The notes under the pieces were generated by a model. That model worked only from the letters and a program-made list of their open reading frames with translations, did not search any database and was not told the origin of the DNA. A program made the translations under genes and the position numbers. Below are positions 1 to 11,012 of a stretch of 64,000 nucleotides of DNA, piece by piece (position 1 is the first letter of the stretch; each line of letters opens with the position of its first letter). This DNA comes from Bacteroidota bacterium (GTDB lineage Bacteria > Bacteroidota > Bacteroidia > Flavobacteriales > BACL11): positions 13,183 through 77,182 of the forward strand of contig JAOOLD010000002.1 of assembly GCA_028408365.1 (NCBI GenBank), in the 5' to 3' direction.

Positions 1-893
1 AAGGAAAAAAAGAAAAGAGTATTATGGTGGCAGCGCATATGGATGAGATAGGTTTTATTGTAAAACATATTGACGAGAAAGGATTTGTTTTTTTTCACCC
101 TTTAGGCGGTTTTGACCCTAAAACACTAACCTCTCAAAGAGTTGTAATCCATGGAACACAGGATATTCTTGGGGTTATGGGAAGTAAGCCAGTACATATA
201 ATGTCAGCAGAAGACAGAAAAAAAATACCTAAAATCGAAGATTATTTTATAGATACGGGATTAAAAAAAGAAGAGTTAGAAAAGAAAATTAGTGTTGGAG
301 ACCCAATAACTAGACATAGCGAGCTCATAGAACTAGGACAGAATATTAACAGCAAGTCACTTGACAATAGAGCTTCAGTTTTTGTTCTTTTACAGGTGTT
401 AAAAAAAATAAAACAACCACCACCATACGATATTTATGCTGTCTTTACTGTACAGGAAGAGGTGGGTTTAAGAGGAGCAAGCGCAGCTTCATTGTTAATA
501 AACCCTGATTTTGGTCTTGGTTTAGATACAACAATAGCTTTCGACACTCCTGGCTCAGCTGAAAGAGATCGGATCTCTCAATTAGGACTTGGTCCGTGCA
601 TTAAAATAATGGATTCACAAACCATTTGTGATTATAGAATGGTAAATTATATGAAAGAAATATCTAGACTAAAAGAAATAAAAACCCAACTAGAAATTTT
701 ACCAGCGGGAGCTACAGACACCTCCCCTCTGCAAAGAATGAATTCAGGGGGCTCTATAGCTGGTGCAATTTCAATTCCAACCAGACATATTCATCAAACA
801 ATTGAAACAGTGAACAAATCAGATTTGTCTAATACGATAGTGTTTTTGTATGAATGTTTAATCGAGATAGATAAGTATGATTGGTCGCACTAA
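1..893 (+). CDS. M42 family metallopeptidase (FrvX/YsdC-like aminopeptidase), 5' end outside window
   Basis: The frame is open to the window edge (EKKEKSI precedes the ATG at 24). The AAHMDEIGF motif and overall layout are typical of M42 peptidases. The ATG at 24 is probably internal. Confidence 0.8.
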   Translation, partial: GKKEKSIMVAAHMDEIGFIVKHIDEKGFVFFHPLGGFDPKTLTSQRVVIHGTQDILGVMGSKPVHIMSAEDRKKIPKIEDYFIDTGLKKEELEKKISVGDPITRHSELIELGQNINSKSLDNRASVFVLLQVLKKIKQPPPYDIYAVFTVQEEVGLRGASAASLLINPDFGLGLDTTIAFDTPGSAERDRISQLGLGPCIKIMDSQTICDYRMVNYMKEISRLKEIKTQLEILPAGATDTSPLQRMNSGGSIAGAISIPTRHIHQTIETVNKSDLSNTIVFLYECLIEIDKYDWSH

Positions 894-1891
894 TTAAATT
901 GTCTTAAAAAGCTCAGATCATTTTCAAAAAACAACCTTAAATCTTTCACCCCGTATTTTAACATAGCCATTCTTTCAATACCCATTCCAAACGCATACCC
1001 AGAATACTTTTCTTGATCAATACCACAGTTACTTAAAACTTTTGGGTCAACCATTCCACAGCCCAAAATCTCCAACCACCCACTTCCCTTTGTAAGCTTA
1101 TAGTCAGCCAGAGTTTCTGTTCCTAAAAAAACATCCATTTCTGCTGAAGGCTCAGTAAAAGGAAAATAAGAAGGCCTGAATCTTAAAACAACATCATTTC
1201 CAAAAAACTTTTTAGCAAAAACAAAAAGGAGGTTTTTCATATCAATAAAACTTACATTTTCATCAATATATAAGCCCTCAACTTGATGAAAAATACAATG
1301 CGCTCTTGATGAAACAGCTTCATTTCTAAAAACTCTTCCTGGAGAAATAGTTCTGATGGGGGGTTGGTTTTCGCTCATATGTCTCACCTGCACAGATGAG
1401 GTGTGAGTTCGTAGTAAAACATCAGGCTGAGTTTTTACAAAAAAAGTGTCCTGCATATCTCTTGCAGGATGATCTTTTGGCAAGTTTAAGGCTTCAAAAT
1501 TGTGCCAATCATCTTCAATTTCTGGGCCTGAAGAAATGTAAAACCCTAAAGATTTAAAAATTTCATTAATTTGATCACTAATCTTAGTTATCGGATGAGT
1601 GGATCCAATAAAATTAGAAGTTGGTCTCGTCAAATCTAAGGCTGAGTTTAAATTTGAGCCAGACACTGCTTTGACAACATCAATTTTATCTTGACATATT
1701 TTTTTAAGAAGATTAATATCTTTTCCAACAGCCTTCTTTTCATCAGTTGAAAGTTTTTTAAATCTTAAAAAAAGAGAATTAACAATACCACTTTTTGATA
1801 AAAACCTTTTTTTAAAAGCCTCTGCATCTTTGTCTGACTTAATAGTTGAATCTTTAGCTTCTAAGCAATAATCACGTATTTCTTCTAACAC
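890..1891 (-). CDS. pheS: phenylalanine--tRNA ligase alpha subunit
   Basis: Class II aaRS motifs FRPSYFPFTEPS and GYAFGMGIERMAML are present. The start is GTG at 1891. The 3' end overlaps the convergent M42 gene by 4 nt. Confidence 0.95.
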   Translation of the reverse strand: MLEEIRDYCLEAKDSTIKSDKDAEAFKKRFLSKSGIVNSLFLRFKKLSTDEKKAVGKDINLLKKICQDKIDVVKAVSGSNLNSALDLTRPTSNFIGSTHPITKISDQINEIFKSLGFYISSGPEIEDDWHNFEALNLPKDHPARDMQDTFFVKTQPDVLLRTHTSSVQVRHMSENQPPIRTISPGRVFRNEAVSSRAHCIFHQVEGLYIDENVSFIDMKNLLFVFAKKFFGNDVVLRFRPSYFPFTEPSAEMDVFLGTETLADYKLTKGSGWLEILGCGMVDPKVLSNCGIDQEKYSGYAFGMGIERMAMLKYGVKDLRLFFENDLSFLRQFN

Positions 1892-1930
1892 TTAAATTTT
1901 TTATATTTGTAATGCAAATTAACAATATTT

Positions 1931-2281
1931 ATGCAATATAAAATCGGGTTATTAATCTTCGCATTTTTTATCGTTGTTTCTTGTGAGAAAGCACCAGATA
2001 CGAAAGCAATAATAACAGTTAATGATATAAGTGGAAATCCAGTTCAAGGAGCTACAGTGTGGTTGAGTCAAAATGGTCAAATTAGCCCTCAGGGGACAGT
2101 TTCAAACATTAGTGATCAACAAATTACAGATTCACAAGGACAAACTGTTCATATATTTGAACTAGAAAAAGTTTTAAATATCGACGCTCAAAAAACCCAA
2201 GGCAATGATTTTTTATCTGGATCAGGTGTAATAAAGCTTGTTAAAAATGAAACTGTATTTAAAACAGTTTTGATAAACTAA
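1931..2281 (+). CDS. small lipoprotein, carboxypeptidase-regulatory-like beta-sandwich
   Basis: It has a signal peptide with lipobox IVVSC. The stretch ITVNDISGNPVQGATVWLSQ resembles CarboxypepD_reg-type domains. Confidence 0.5.
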   Translation: MQYKIGLLIFAFFIVVSCEKAPDTKAIITVNDISGNPVQGATVWLSQNGQISPQGTVSNISDQQITDSQGQTVHIFELEKVLNIDAQKTQGNDFLSGSGVIKLVKNETVFKTVLIN

Positions 2282-2305
2282 CATCAATTCATAGGATCTT
2301 TTAAA

Positions 2306-2833
2306 ATGAATTATATAGACTTAGTCTTATTATCAATATGTATTTACGGCCTAGTTAAGGGATATATTAATGGTTTGGTTAAAGAAATCACAGGAACACT
2401 TTCTTTATTTATATCTTTTTATGTTGCAATCAGTTTTTATACTTTTTTTGACCCATATTTTAACAACTATATTAGTGAAGGGCCAATTAAATCACTTGTG
2501 ATGTTTGGAGCCTTATTTTTGTCAACACTTCTTTGTGTTAGAATAATTGGTGTTTTTTTGGACAAAGCTACAAGCTTCATGGCTCTTGGATTAGCAAGTA
2601 AGTTGTTAGGAGCTGTTTTTGGTTTTTTAAAGCTTTATACTCTTTGCGGTCTAATACTTTTTTTTGAAGGTCAAATCAATCTAGTTGAAAAAAAAATAAA
2701 GGATGAATCAGTTTTATACAAGAGCTGTTATAGTCTTATTGAGAAAATAGCTCCTGACATTGATCATAAAGAAATTAAAAACAACTTTGATAAGAAGAAA
2801 GATGAACTTGAGGAAAGACTTAATCTAAAATAG
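2306..2833 (+). CDS. cvpA: CvpA family membrane protein
   Basis: It is a four-TM protein. The N-terminus MNYIDLVLLSICIYGLVKGYINGLVKEI is typical of the colicin V production protein family. Confidence 0.65.
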   Translation: MNYIDLVLLSICIYGLVKGYINGLVKEITGTLSLFISFYVAISFYTFFDPYFNNYISEGPIKSLVMFGALFLSTLLCVRIIGVFLDKATSFMALGLASKLLGAVFGFLKLYTLCGLILFFEGQINLVEKKIKDESVLYKSCYSLIEKIAPDIDHKEIKNNFDKKKDELEERLNLK

Positions 2834-4010
2834 CTTGAAATCCAGGTAGTTTTTTTGTTTCCAGAAAATGAAGCATTGCACCGCCTCCAGTAGAGATATA
2901 ACTCACTTCAGAAGACAAGCCAAATTTTTTCAATGCAGAGATGGAATCCCCTCCGCCAACTAAAGAAAAAGCTCCCTTTTTAGTAACAGACGCTACCGCT
3001 TCTGCAACCTCTTTTGTTCCGGTTGAGAAGTTTTTAAACTCAAAAACCCCCATGGGCCCGTTCCAAACTATTGTTTTTGATTTAGAGATGATACTTTTAA
3101 AATTACTAATAGTTTTAGGCCCAATGTCTAAACCGATAAGACCTTTAGGAATCATTTTGGAATCACTAATTATATAGTCTTCATTGTCAATAAAGGCGCG
3201 GGAATTAATTGAGTCTTGGGGAACTATGAGGTTTACATTATTTTTTTTAGCTATCTCTAATAATGACCTCGCCTTTTCTAACTCATCTTCTTCAATAATA
3301 GAATCACCAATTTCACCTCCTGCAGACTTAATAAAAGTAAACATCATCCCACCTCCAATCAAAATATTGTCAGCAAAGCTCATAAAGGATTTTATAACAT
3401 TAATTTTGGAGCTAATTTTTGCTCCCCCAATAATAGCTGTCATAGGAGATGAGAAGTTGTTAATAACTCTGAATATTGAACTATATTCTTTATAAAAAAG
3501 ATTGCCTATACATTTTTCATTAAAATATTTTGCAACGTAGTAAGTTGAGCTATGTTTTCTATGTGCTGTGCCAAAAGCGTCATTTACAAAAACATCAGCT
3601 AAATATGAGAGGTTTTTACAAAAAAGCAAGTCACCAGAACTTTCTTCTTTGTAGAAGCGTATGTTTTCCAACAAAATAATTTCATCTCTAGAAACACGCG
3701 AAATATTTTCAATAAGTTTTTTTGAGCCAATTTTTTGATCTAAAAAACAAACCTTTCTTTTAGATTCAAAACTCACAACTTCAACTAATTTCTTTAGTGA
3801 GAGGTTTTTTCCCCACACGCCTTTTGGCCTACCCAAATGTGAAACTAATATAACCTTACCCCCACTATCAATAATATCATTTATGGTATTTATATGAGAT
3901 ATAATCCTCGTTCTATCACTAATAATTCCATTTTTTGAAATAGGTACGTTAAAATCAACTCGTATTAGAGCGGTTTTATTTTTGAAAGATATATCTTGGA
4001 TTAATTTCAC
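2820..4010 (-). CDS. pgk: phosphoglycerate kinase
   Basis: Motifs RVDFNVP, VSHLGRPKG and GGGDS are present over the full length of 396 aa. The start is GTG. Confidence 0.95.
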   Translation of the reverse strand: MKLIQDISFKNKTALIRVDFNVPISKNGIISDRTRIISHINTINDIIDSGGKVILVSHLGRPKGVWGKNLSLKKLVEVVSFESKRKVCFLDQKIGSKKLIENISRVSRDEIILLENIRFYKEESSGDLLFCKNLSYLADVFVNDAFGTAHRKHSSTYYVAKYFNEKCIGNLFYKEYSSIFRVINNFSSPMTAIIGGAKISSKINVIKSFMSFADNILIGGGMMFTFIKSAGGEIGDSIIEEDELEKARSLLEIAKKNNVNLIVPQDSINSRAFIDNEDYIISDSKMIPKGLIGLDIGPKTISNFKSIISKSKTIVWNGPMGVFEFKNFSTGTKEVAEAVASVTKKGAFSLVGGGDSISALKKFGLSSEVSYISTGGGAMLHFLETKKLPGFQAILD

Positions 4011-4079
4011 TTTGTAAAAATAAAATAATGAACTAAATTAGGGAACAATAATGCTCACATAAAACCAAGTTGCACTAAA

Positions 4080-5132
4080 ATGCATATTTCTCCTAAAATC
4101 TATATCCAGAATCTCGTAAAAAAAAATAACAGTAGCGCATCTATTTTGTTTTATGGACTAAATAATGGGCCTAAGTTTAGTTTGGCGCACTATGCCATTC
4201 AAATGTTGAATTGTTATCAACTTAAAAATCAAGAGCCTTGTGGTGTCTGTAATGCATGCTTAAAACTAAAGGCATTAAATCATCCCGACTTGCATTTAAT
4301 ACTTCCATTGCCAAATGAAAAAAAGATTGACGGAAGAGCTTTAGCTGTGTGGAAAAAACATATTATCAAAAACAATCAACTTAGTTTTGAAGAATGGAAA
4401 AAGATAATAGCTTCTGAGCTTGGAACAGATAAAGAACCTGCAATTAGTTCAGAAAAAATAAGTCAAATTACCTCTATATTGAAGCTTAGAAATTTTGAGG
4501 CAAAAAAAAGAATTGTACTAATTTGGTACGCTGAAAAACTTAACACCGTAGCCTCTAATAAGGTTTTGAAAATGTTGGAGGAGCCGCCTGACAAAACCTA
4601 TTTTATATTTGTAGCCAGTGATAAAGATGAGCTGATAGACACTGTGAAGTCAAGACTAGAAAGGATTCATGTGAAAGAAAAGATTAGTGCTCAAATTTCT
4701 AAAACTCCCAACACAAATAATGAGTCAGATTATGCTTTTGAAACAAATACAGAAGAAAGCCCAGCTGATGAGAATTTTAAAAAATTCCAAACATGGATGA
4801 GAGCATGTCACTCAAAAAACATAGTTGAATTAAACGACTTAAACTTGGAAATTTCAAAAAGAAAAAAAAGAGGATACCATAACTTCATGAACTTTTGCAT
4901 AAATAAACTTAGTTTTTGCTGCAGGTATATTGTGCATAACAAAGAGCATGCCCAATCAAATGAAGAGATGATATTTATCAGAAAGTTTTGCAAACACTTA
5001 AAGTTGAAAACCTTAGTTTTATTGTTAAAAGAGATCGAGAGTTCTATATATTACTTAGAAAGAAACGCTAATTCAAAAATTTTGTTTCTTTCTTTGTCAA
5101 TAAATTTATTTAAGATTTTTGATGAAAATTAA
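4080..5132 (+). CDS. holB: DNA polymerase III delta-prime subunit
   Basis: It has the Cys module CGVCNACLKL and the clamp-loader motif NKVLKMLEEPP. Confidence 0.8.
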   Translation: MHISPKIYIQNLVKKNNSSASILFYGLNNGPKFSLAHYAIQMLNCYQLKNQEPCGVCNACLKLKALNHPDLHLILPLPNEKKIDGRALAVWKKHIIKNNQLSFEEWKKIIASELGTDKEPAISSEKISQITSILKLRNFEAKKRIVLIWYAEKLNTVASNKVLKMLEEPPDKTYFIFVASDKDELIDTVKSRLERIHVKEKISAQISKTPNTNNESDYAFETNTEESPADENFKKFQTWMRACHSKNIVELNDLNLEISKRKKRGYHNFMNFCINKLSFCCRYIVHNKEHAQSNEEMIFIRKFCKHLKLKTLVLLLKEIESSIYYLERNANSKILFLSLSINLFKIFDEN

Positions 5133-5586
5133 ACTCTACTACTTCTTAATTCTTTTTGTTCTTTTTAATTCATGCTCAAAAAAAAGCAAAAACGTTAATT
5201 TTATGAATATTGAAAACGACATTTGGTCAGTTTCAGATTCTTTATTTTTCAAGTTTAAAGACTTAGATTCCGAAAAAAAATATTATGCTAAATTAACTGT
5301 AAAGCACAAGACAGATTATTATTATCAAAACTTAATTTTGTTTTTACAAGCAAACAATCAAATCGACACCCTTAATTTGCAATTAGCAAAAAAAAATGGC
5401 AAATGGAATAGCAAAGGAGCTGGAGACACTAGGTTTTATTCAAAAACTCTAAAAAACCTTAATTTTGGTAAAAAAGACAGTATATGTATAGTTATTTATC
5501 ATGCCATGAGAAGTACTAATACAAATCAAATAAGAGATATACACGGTGTTTCATCAGTTGGTCTTGAAATAATTAAAGAAGATTGA
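5119..5586 (+). CDS. gldH: gliding motility lipoprotein GldH
   Basis: It has lipobox LFNSC and is 155 aa. HAMR and GVSSVGLEI near the C-terminus fit GldH as I recall it. It overlaps the holB stop. Confidence 0.65.
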   Translation: MMKIKLYYFLILFVLFNSCSKKSKNVNFMNIENDIWSVSDSLFFKFKDLDSEKKYYAKLTVKHKTDYYYQNLILFLQANNQIDTLNLQLAKKNGKWNSKGAGDTRFYSKTLKNLNFGKKDSICIVIYHAMRSTNTNQIRDIHGVSSVGLEIIKED

Positions 5587-7832
5587 TTATAGATAATCGG
5601 TTCATATGGATTTTTATGCTCACACCATTTGTGGCATCTGTAGTTATAATCTTATTGGTTTCACAGGGTTTTTTCGGAAAGCTACCAACCTTTGACGAGC
5701 TTGAAAATCCTAAGACCAATTTAGCAACTCAACTTATCTCTTCTGACGGAAATAAATTAGGAGCATACTTTTATGAAAACAGAAGTAACGTTAGCTATAA
5801 AGAGCTTCCAAGTGATTTAATAGACGCATTAATTGCTACAGAGGATATTAGATTTAGAAATCATTCAGGAATAGATATTAGATCATTGTTAAGAGCTCTA
5901 TATGGTCAAATTATTGGAAATAAATCAAGTGGAGGGGCTAGCACAATCACACAACAATTAGCAAAAATGCTTTTTACAAAAAAGCCTAGCTCTGGTATAG
6001 AGAGGGTTATGCAAAAACTTAAAGAATGGGTAATCTCTTCAAGGTTAGAAAAGCACTACACCAAAAATGAAATAATTACAATGTACTTAAATAGGTTTGA
6101 TTGGGTTAATAATGCTGTAGGTATAAAATCAGCATCAAGAGTTTATTTTAACAAAAAACCATCTGAACTTAAACTTGAAGAGGCGGCAACTTTAGTTGGA
6201 ATGTTAAAAAACTCAGCGCTTTACAACCCAAATAGACGTTTAAATTTTACTGAGGAAAGAAGAAACGTGGTGCTTTCTCAAATGAAAAAATATAAATTTA
6301 TTAACAATGAAACTTTTGATACAACAGCAGTTAAGCCTCTTGTTCTAGATTTTAAAAAAGCTAGCCATAATGAAGGTTTAGCACCATATTTAAGAGAACA
6401 ACTAAGACCGATTCTCGTTAATTGGTGTAAAACTAAAAAAAAGCCAGATGGAAGCACATATAATCTTTATACCGACGGGCTAAAGATATATACCACTATT
6501 GATTCAAGAATGCAGATCCATGCGGAAAAAGCGGTTAAAACACATATATCTAAATTGCAAAAAGACTTTTACAATCACTGGAAAGGATATGAACATGCTC
6601 CTTTTCCTGAAGACTTTGATACTTTACAGTTTGAAATGGTAATGAATCAAGCTATAAAAAGATCAGAAAGGTATAGGAAAATGAAAGCGTCTGGAAAATC
6701 AAATGAAGAAATTGAAAAAGCTTTCAAAACAAAAGTTAAAACTAAACTTTTTTCATGGGATGGTGTTATTGATAGTTTAATTAGCCCGTATGACTCAATA
6801 CTTTACAACAAGTTTTTCATTCATTGCGGCATGATGAGCATGGACCCTAAAACAGGTTTTATAAAGTCTTATGTTGGAGGGATTGATCATAGGTTTTTTA
6901 AATATGACCATGTAATAAAGGGAAAAAGACAGGTAGGGTCAACATTTAAACCTTTTCTCTATGCTTTAGCGGTACAAGAAGGTTACTCAGCATGCAAAAA
7001 AGTTCCTAATGTTCCAGTTGTTTTTGATAAAAATATTTGGAAGCTTGAGAAGGACTGGGCTCCAAAAAATTCAGGTAATGATTATGAAGGTTTACCTTTA
7101 ACAATGAAGTTTGGTTTAGCAAACTCAATAAATTCAATGACAGCACATATTATGAAGCAATTTGGACCATATGCTGTGGTAGATTTAGCGAGGAAAATGG
7201 GTGTGAAATCAAAAATTTTAGCAGTCCCCTCGCTATGTTTAGGAACATTTGATTTGTCTGTGTATGAAATGGTTGGCGCCTATTCTACTTTCGCAAATAA
7301 AGGAGTGTGGACAGAGCCAATTTTCATAAACAAAATAACTGATAAAAATGGAGTGGTACTTGAAAACTTCAGTCCAAAAACACAAGAAGCAATGAGTCAA
7401 AACACGGCAGATATAATGATTAGATTATTACAGGGTGTAGTTGATGGGGTATACAGCGCTGAAGCTAAAGTTAGGAGAGGGACAGGGGTTAGGCTTAGGT
7501 ATAGGTACGAATTTGAAAACGAAATTGCAGGAAAAACAGGCACAACACAAAATCAGTCAGATGGTTGGTTCATGGGAATCACACCGGATTTGGTAACTGG
7601 AGTGTGGACTGGTTGTGAAGATAGAAGTGTGCATTTTAGAGATATACAGAACGGACAAGGAGCAAATACAGCATTGCCGGTCTTTGCAGAATATATGAAA
7701 GGAATTTATAATGACACTTTGAATTTAGGTCCAATTAGTAAAAATTTTGATATTTCTAAATCAATAGACATTTCAATTGATTGTGATGAGGATTTAATTA
7801 AATTTAAGGATAATTTTGACGAAGAATTTTAA
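5583..7832 (+). CDS. mrcA: bifunctional penicillin-binding protein 1A (glycosyltransferase/transpeptidase)
   Basis: GT51 motifs [12 protein letters not shown] and [11 protein letters not shown] are present. Transpeptidase motifs STFKP, SINS and KTGTT are also present. The TTG start overlaps the gldH stop. Confidence 0.9.
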   Translation: MIIDNRFIWIFMLTPFVASVVIILLVSQGFFGKLPTFDELENPKTNLATQLISSDGNKLGAYFYENRSNVSYKELPSDLIDALIATEDIRFRNHSGIDIRSLLRALYGQIIGNKSSGGASTITQQLAKMLFTKKPSSGIERVMQKLKEWVISSRLEKHYTKNEIITMYLNRFDWVNNAVGIKSASRVYFNKKPSELKLEEAATLVGMLKNSALYNPNRRLNFTEERRNVVLSQMKKYKFINNETFDTTAVKPLVLDFKKASHNEGLAPYLREQLRPILVNWCKTKKKPDGSTYNLYTDGLKIYTTIDSRMQIHAEKAVKTHISKLQKDFYNHWKGYEHAPFPEDFDTLQFEMVMNQAIKRSERYRKMKASGKSNEEIEKAFKTKVKTKLFSWDGVIDSLISPYDSILYNKFFIHCGMMSMDPKTGFIKSYVGGIDHRFFKYDHVIKGKRQVGSTFKPFLYALAVQEGYSACKKVPNVPVVFDKNIWKLEKDWAPKNSGNDYEGLPLTMKFGLANSINSMTAHIMKQFGPYAVVDLARKMGVKSKILAVPSLCLGTFDLSVYEMVGAYSTFANKGVWTEPIFINKITDKNGVVLENFSPKTQEAMSQNTADIMIRLLQGVVDGVYSAEAKVRRGTGVRLRYRYEFENEIAGKTGTTQNQSDGWFMGITPDLVTGVWTGCEDRSVHFRDIQNGQGANTALPVFAEYMKGIYNDTLNLGPISKNFDISKSIDISIDCDEDLIKFKDNFDEEF

Positions 7833-7833
7833 T

Positions 7834-8532
7834 ATGATTAATAAAACAGTAGCTAGTGTAGATGAGGCAATTTCTGGTGTAAAAAGTAATATGGTATTAA
7901 TGTTTGGAGGTTTTGGTTTGTGTGGAATAGCTGAGAACTGTATTAATGCTCTTTCAAAAAAAAATATTAAAAGTCTGACTTGCATTTCAAATAACGCTGG
8001 TGTCGATGATTTTGGGCTAGGACTTCTTTTAAAGAAAAGACAAATAAAAAAAATGATTTCTTCATATGTTGGTGAAAATGATGAGTTTGAAAGACAAATG
8101 CTTTCTGCAGAGTTAGAAGTTGAGTTAATACCACAAGGAACTTTGGCTGAAAGATGTAGGGCTGGTGGGGCAGGTATACCAGCGTTTTTTACACCAGCAG
8201 GATATGGTACGGAGGTTCAAGGAGAGAAAGAGGTGAGGGTGTTTAATAAAAAGAATTATATCTTGGAACACGCTTTAAATGCAGATTTTGCTTTTGTAAA
8301 AGCCTGGAAAGGAGACACTTTAGGTAATCTAATTTACAAAGGTACAGCAAGAAATTTCAATCCTTTGATGGCTATGGCCGGTAAGACAACAGTAGCTGAA
8401 GTTGAATATTTAGTACCTGCTGGGGAATTAGATTTAAATCAAATTCATACTCCAGGTATATTTGTACAGCGTATTTTTAAGGGGGAGGTTTACGAAAAAA
8501 GAATTGAAAACAGAACAACAACAAAACCTTAA
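7834..8532 (+). CDS. scoA: 3-oxoacid CoA-transferase subunit A
   Basis: [11 protein letters not shown] and the overall family match support the call. I chose ATG 7834, just after the PBP stop at 7830-7832. The track ORF starts at 7816. Confidence 0.85.
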   Translation: MINKTVASVDEAISGVKSNMVLMFGGFGLCGIAENCINALSKKNIKSLTCISNNAGVDDFGLGLLLKKRQIKKMISSYVGENDEFERQMLSAELEVELIPQGTLAERCRAGGAGIPAFFTPAGYGTEVQGEKEVRVFNKKNYILEHALNADFAFVKAWKGDTLGNLIYKGTARNFNPLMAMAGKTTVAEVEYLVPAGELDLNQIHTPGIFVQRIFKGEVYEKRIENRTTTKP

Positions 8533-8533
8533 G

Positions 8534-9190
8534 ATGGCCTTAACAAAAAATGAAATTGCAAAAAGAATAGCACAAGAATTAGTGAATAACACATATGTAA
8601 ATTTAGGAATAGGAATACCTACTTTAGTTGCTAACCATATCCCCTCAGATATTAATGTTGAATTTCAATCTGAAAATGGAATATTAGGCATGGGCTCTTT
8701 CCCTAAAGAGGGAGAGGAAGATGCAGATTTAATAAATGCAGGTAAGCAAACCATTACCTCATTGCCTGGAGCGGTTCTTTTTGATTCAGCTGTATCATTT
8801 TCTATGATTAGAGGAAACCACATCCATTTAAGTGTTCTGGGAGCTATGCAAGTAGCTGAAAACGGCGATATAGCAAACTGGAAAATTCCTGGCAAAATGG
8901 TTAAGGGAATGGGTGGAGCTATGGATCTAGTTACCTCATCAAACAATATTATAGTTGCTATGACACATACAAACAGACAGGGTCAAAGTAAACTTTTAAA
9001 AAGATGCACTCTGCCAATAACAGGCGTATCTTGTGTAAAAAAAATAGTTACTGACCTGGCTGTTATTGAGGTCACAAGTAAAGGTTTTAAATTAACAGAA
9101 GTAGCCCCTGGTGTTTCAGAAGGTGAAATTATTAACTCAACAGATGCTGAGTTAACTGTAGATAAAAATATTAAAACAATGGTGTTATAA
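8534..9190 (+). CDS. scoB: 3-oxoacid CoA-transferase subunit B
   Basis: The catalytic-Glu motif EFQSENGILG is present. ATG 8534 follows the scoA stop at 8530-8532, so the track N-terminal extension from 8462 is rejected. Confidence 0.85.
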   Translation: MALTKNEIAKRIAQELVNNTYVNLGIGIPTLVANHIPSDINVEFQSENGILGMGSFPKEGEEDADLINAGKQTITSLPGAVLFDSAVSFSMIRGNHIHLSVLGAMQVAENGDIANWKIPGKMVKGMGGAMDLVTSSNNIIVAMTHTNRQGQSKLLKRCTLPITGVSCVKKIVTDLAVIEVTSKGFKLTEVAPGVSEGEIINSTDAELTVDKNIKTMVL

Positions 9191-9195
9191 AGGTC

Positions 9196-10974
9196 TTAGT
9201 TTTTTCTAATGTCCTCTGTTTTACCTTCTGGAACAGCATCAATTAATTTTTTAGTGTAGGCTGTTTGAGGTGAATTGTAAATTTGGTCGGCGTCTCCCAT
9301 TTCTTCTATTTTCCCACCTTGCATTACTACCATTCTATCACTCATATATTTGACAACAGATAAATCATGAGATATGAATATATACGTCAACCCAAACTCT
9401 TTTTTGAGGTCATTTAATAGGTTTAACACTTGAGCCTGCACAGAAACATCAAGAGCCGAAACAGATTCATCACAAATAATAAACTTCGGATTTAATGCTA
9501 AAGCCCTAGCAATCCCAATACGTTGTCTTTGTCCACCTGAAAATTCATGCGGATACCTGTAAAAATGTGTTGGGTCAAGGCTTACTTTTTCTAGAAGTTC
9601 TTGCACTTTATTTTTTCGATCTTTTTCGCTTTCATATATTGCATGAACCTGCATAGGTTCCATTATAGCATTTCCAATAGTCATTCTAGGGTTTAGTGAA
9701 GAATAAGGGTCTTGGAATATAATTTGAACTTCCTTTCTGAAGTCTCTTAATTCATTTACAGACATTGATGCAATATCTATTCCTTTATAAATCATCTTTC
9801 CAGAAATAGGCTCTTCTAATCTGAGAATAGTTCTTCCTGTTGTAGTTTTCCCACAGCCAGACTCACCAACTAAGCCAAGCGTCTCTTTAGGATACACATC
9901 AAAACTTATGTTATCTACAGCTTTTACATACCCACTTGTGCCTCCAAAAAAACCTTTTTTAATTGGAAAATAAGTTTTTAAGTTTTGTACTTGTAGTATG
10001 GGTTCTTGTTGATATAAATTTGCAAGACTCTCTTTTCTTTCTTTATCAGAAACAATAATTTTCTTTGTAAAATCTTTAACAGAAATTTTATTATCAATGA
10101 CATTACCTGAGGAATCAACCTGCATAAAATCAGATACTGTTGGTAAAAACTTATATCTTTTATTTAAAGGTGGTCTACATGCGAGCAACCCTTTTGTGTA
10201 TGGGTGTTTTGGCTTGGTGAAAATATCCCAGACATTTCCTTGCTCTACAATTTTACCCTTGTACATAACTACAACTTTATCTGCTAGCTCCGCAATAACG
10301 CCTAAATCATGAGTTATAAATATTATACCCATCTCATATTCCTTTTGCAGGTCCTGCATTAGCTCAAGAATAGTTTTTTGAACGGTAACATCTAGGGCTG
10401 TGGTAGGCTCATCTGCAATTAAGACGGAAGGTTTACAGCTCATTGCCATAGCAATCATAACCCTTTGCTTTTGACCGCCAGATATTTGGTGAGGGTATGT
10501 ACTAAAAATTCTTTCAGGGTCAGGTAATTCGACTTTTTTAAATAAATCAATAGCTAAGTCTTTAGCTTCTTTTGAATTAAGTTTTTGATGCAACATAATA
10601 GCTTCAACAACTTGATTTCCACAGGTAAAAACAGGATTAAGAGAGGTCATGGGTTCTTGAAAAATCATTGCTAAATCATTACCTCTGTAAGATCTCATTT
10701 TCTCTTCAGAAAGAGATAGTAAGTTTACACTTGTGGATTCATTTTTGTGAAAAATGATTTCACCTGAGGATATTTTTCCTGGGGGTGAAGGGACCAACCT
10801 CATTGCTGATAATGATGTTACAGATTTTCCAGAGCCTGATTCTCCAACAACACCGATCGTTTCACCTTTGTTTAATGTGAAACTAATATTATCAACAGCC
10901 CGCACTGTACTCCCATCAGTACGAAACTCAGTTACAAGTCCATTAAATTCAATTAAAGCTTTATTCTTTTTCAT
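9196..10974 (-). CDS. ABC transporter ATP-binding protein with two fused ATPase cassettes (Dpp/Opp/YejF type)
   Basis: Two Walker A motifs (GESGSGKS, GESGCGKT) and two signature motifs (SGGQKQR, SGGQRQR) are present. There is no adjacent permease gene. Confidence 0.85.
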   Translation of the reverse strand: MKKNKALIEFNGLVTEFRTDGSTVRAVDNISFTLNKGETIGVVGESGSGKSVTSLSAMRLVPSPPGKISSGEIIFHKNESTSVNLLSLSEEKMRSYRGNDLAMIFQEPMTSLNPVFTCGNQVVEAIMLHQKLNSKEAKDLAIDLFKKVELPDPERIFSTYPHQISGGQKQRVMIAMAMSCKPSVLIADEPTTALDVTVQKTILELMQDLQKEYEMGIIFITHDLGVIAELADKVVVMYKGKIVEQGNVWDIFTKPKHPYTKGLLACRPPLNKRYKFLPTVSDFMQVDSSGNVIDNKISVKDFTKKIIVSDKERKESLANLYQQEPILQVQNLKTYFPIKKGFFGGTSGYVKAVDNISFDVYPKETLGLVGESGCGKTTTGRTILRLEEPISGKMIYKGIDIASMSVNELRDFRKEVQIIFQDPYSSLNPRMTIGNAIMEPMQVHAIYESEKDRKNKVQELLEKVSLDPTHFYRYPHEFSGGQRQRIGIARALALNPKFIICDESVSALDVSVQAQVLNLLNDLKKEFGLTYIFISHDLSVVKYMSDRMVVMQGGKIEEMGDADQIYNSPQTAYTKKLIDAVPEGKTEDIRKN

Positions 10975-11012
10975 ATATTTTCAAAGAAAATAATTTTAAG
11001 TAATAGTACCAA

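Noticed and set aside
2941-3495. Two plus-strand ORFs (78 and 103 aa) inside pgk
   Set aside because: They lie antisense to a full-length, motif-rich pgk. Their sequences are low in complexity, with no recognisable motifs and no start context. They are typical shadow ORFs.
8462-8533. N-terminal extension of scoB overlapping scoA by 71 nt
   Set aside because: The family-like sequence begins at MALTKNEIAKR (ATG 8534), immediately after the scoA stop. The extension is just the alternate frame of the scoA tail.
9196-10974. Orphan double-cassette ABC ATPase as part of a novel transporter
   Set aside because: Fused Dpp/Opp-type ATPases encoded away from their permeases are common. Nothing in the neighbourhood (scoAB, lipB) suggests a dedicated system.
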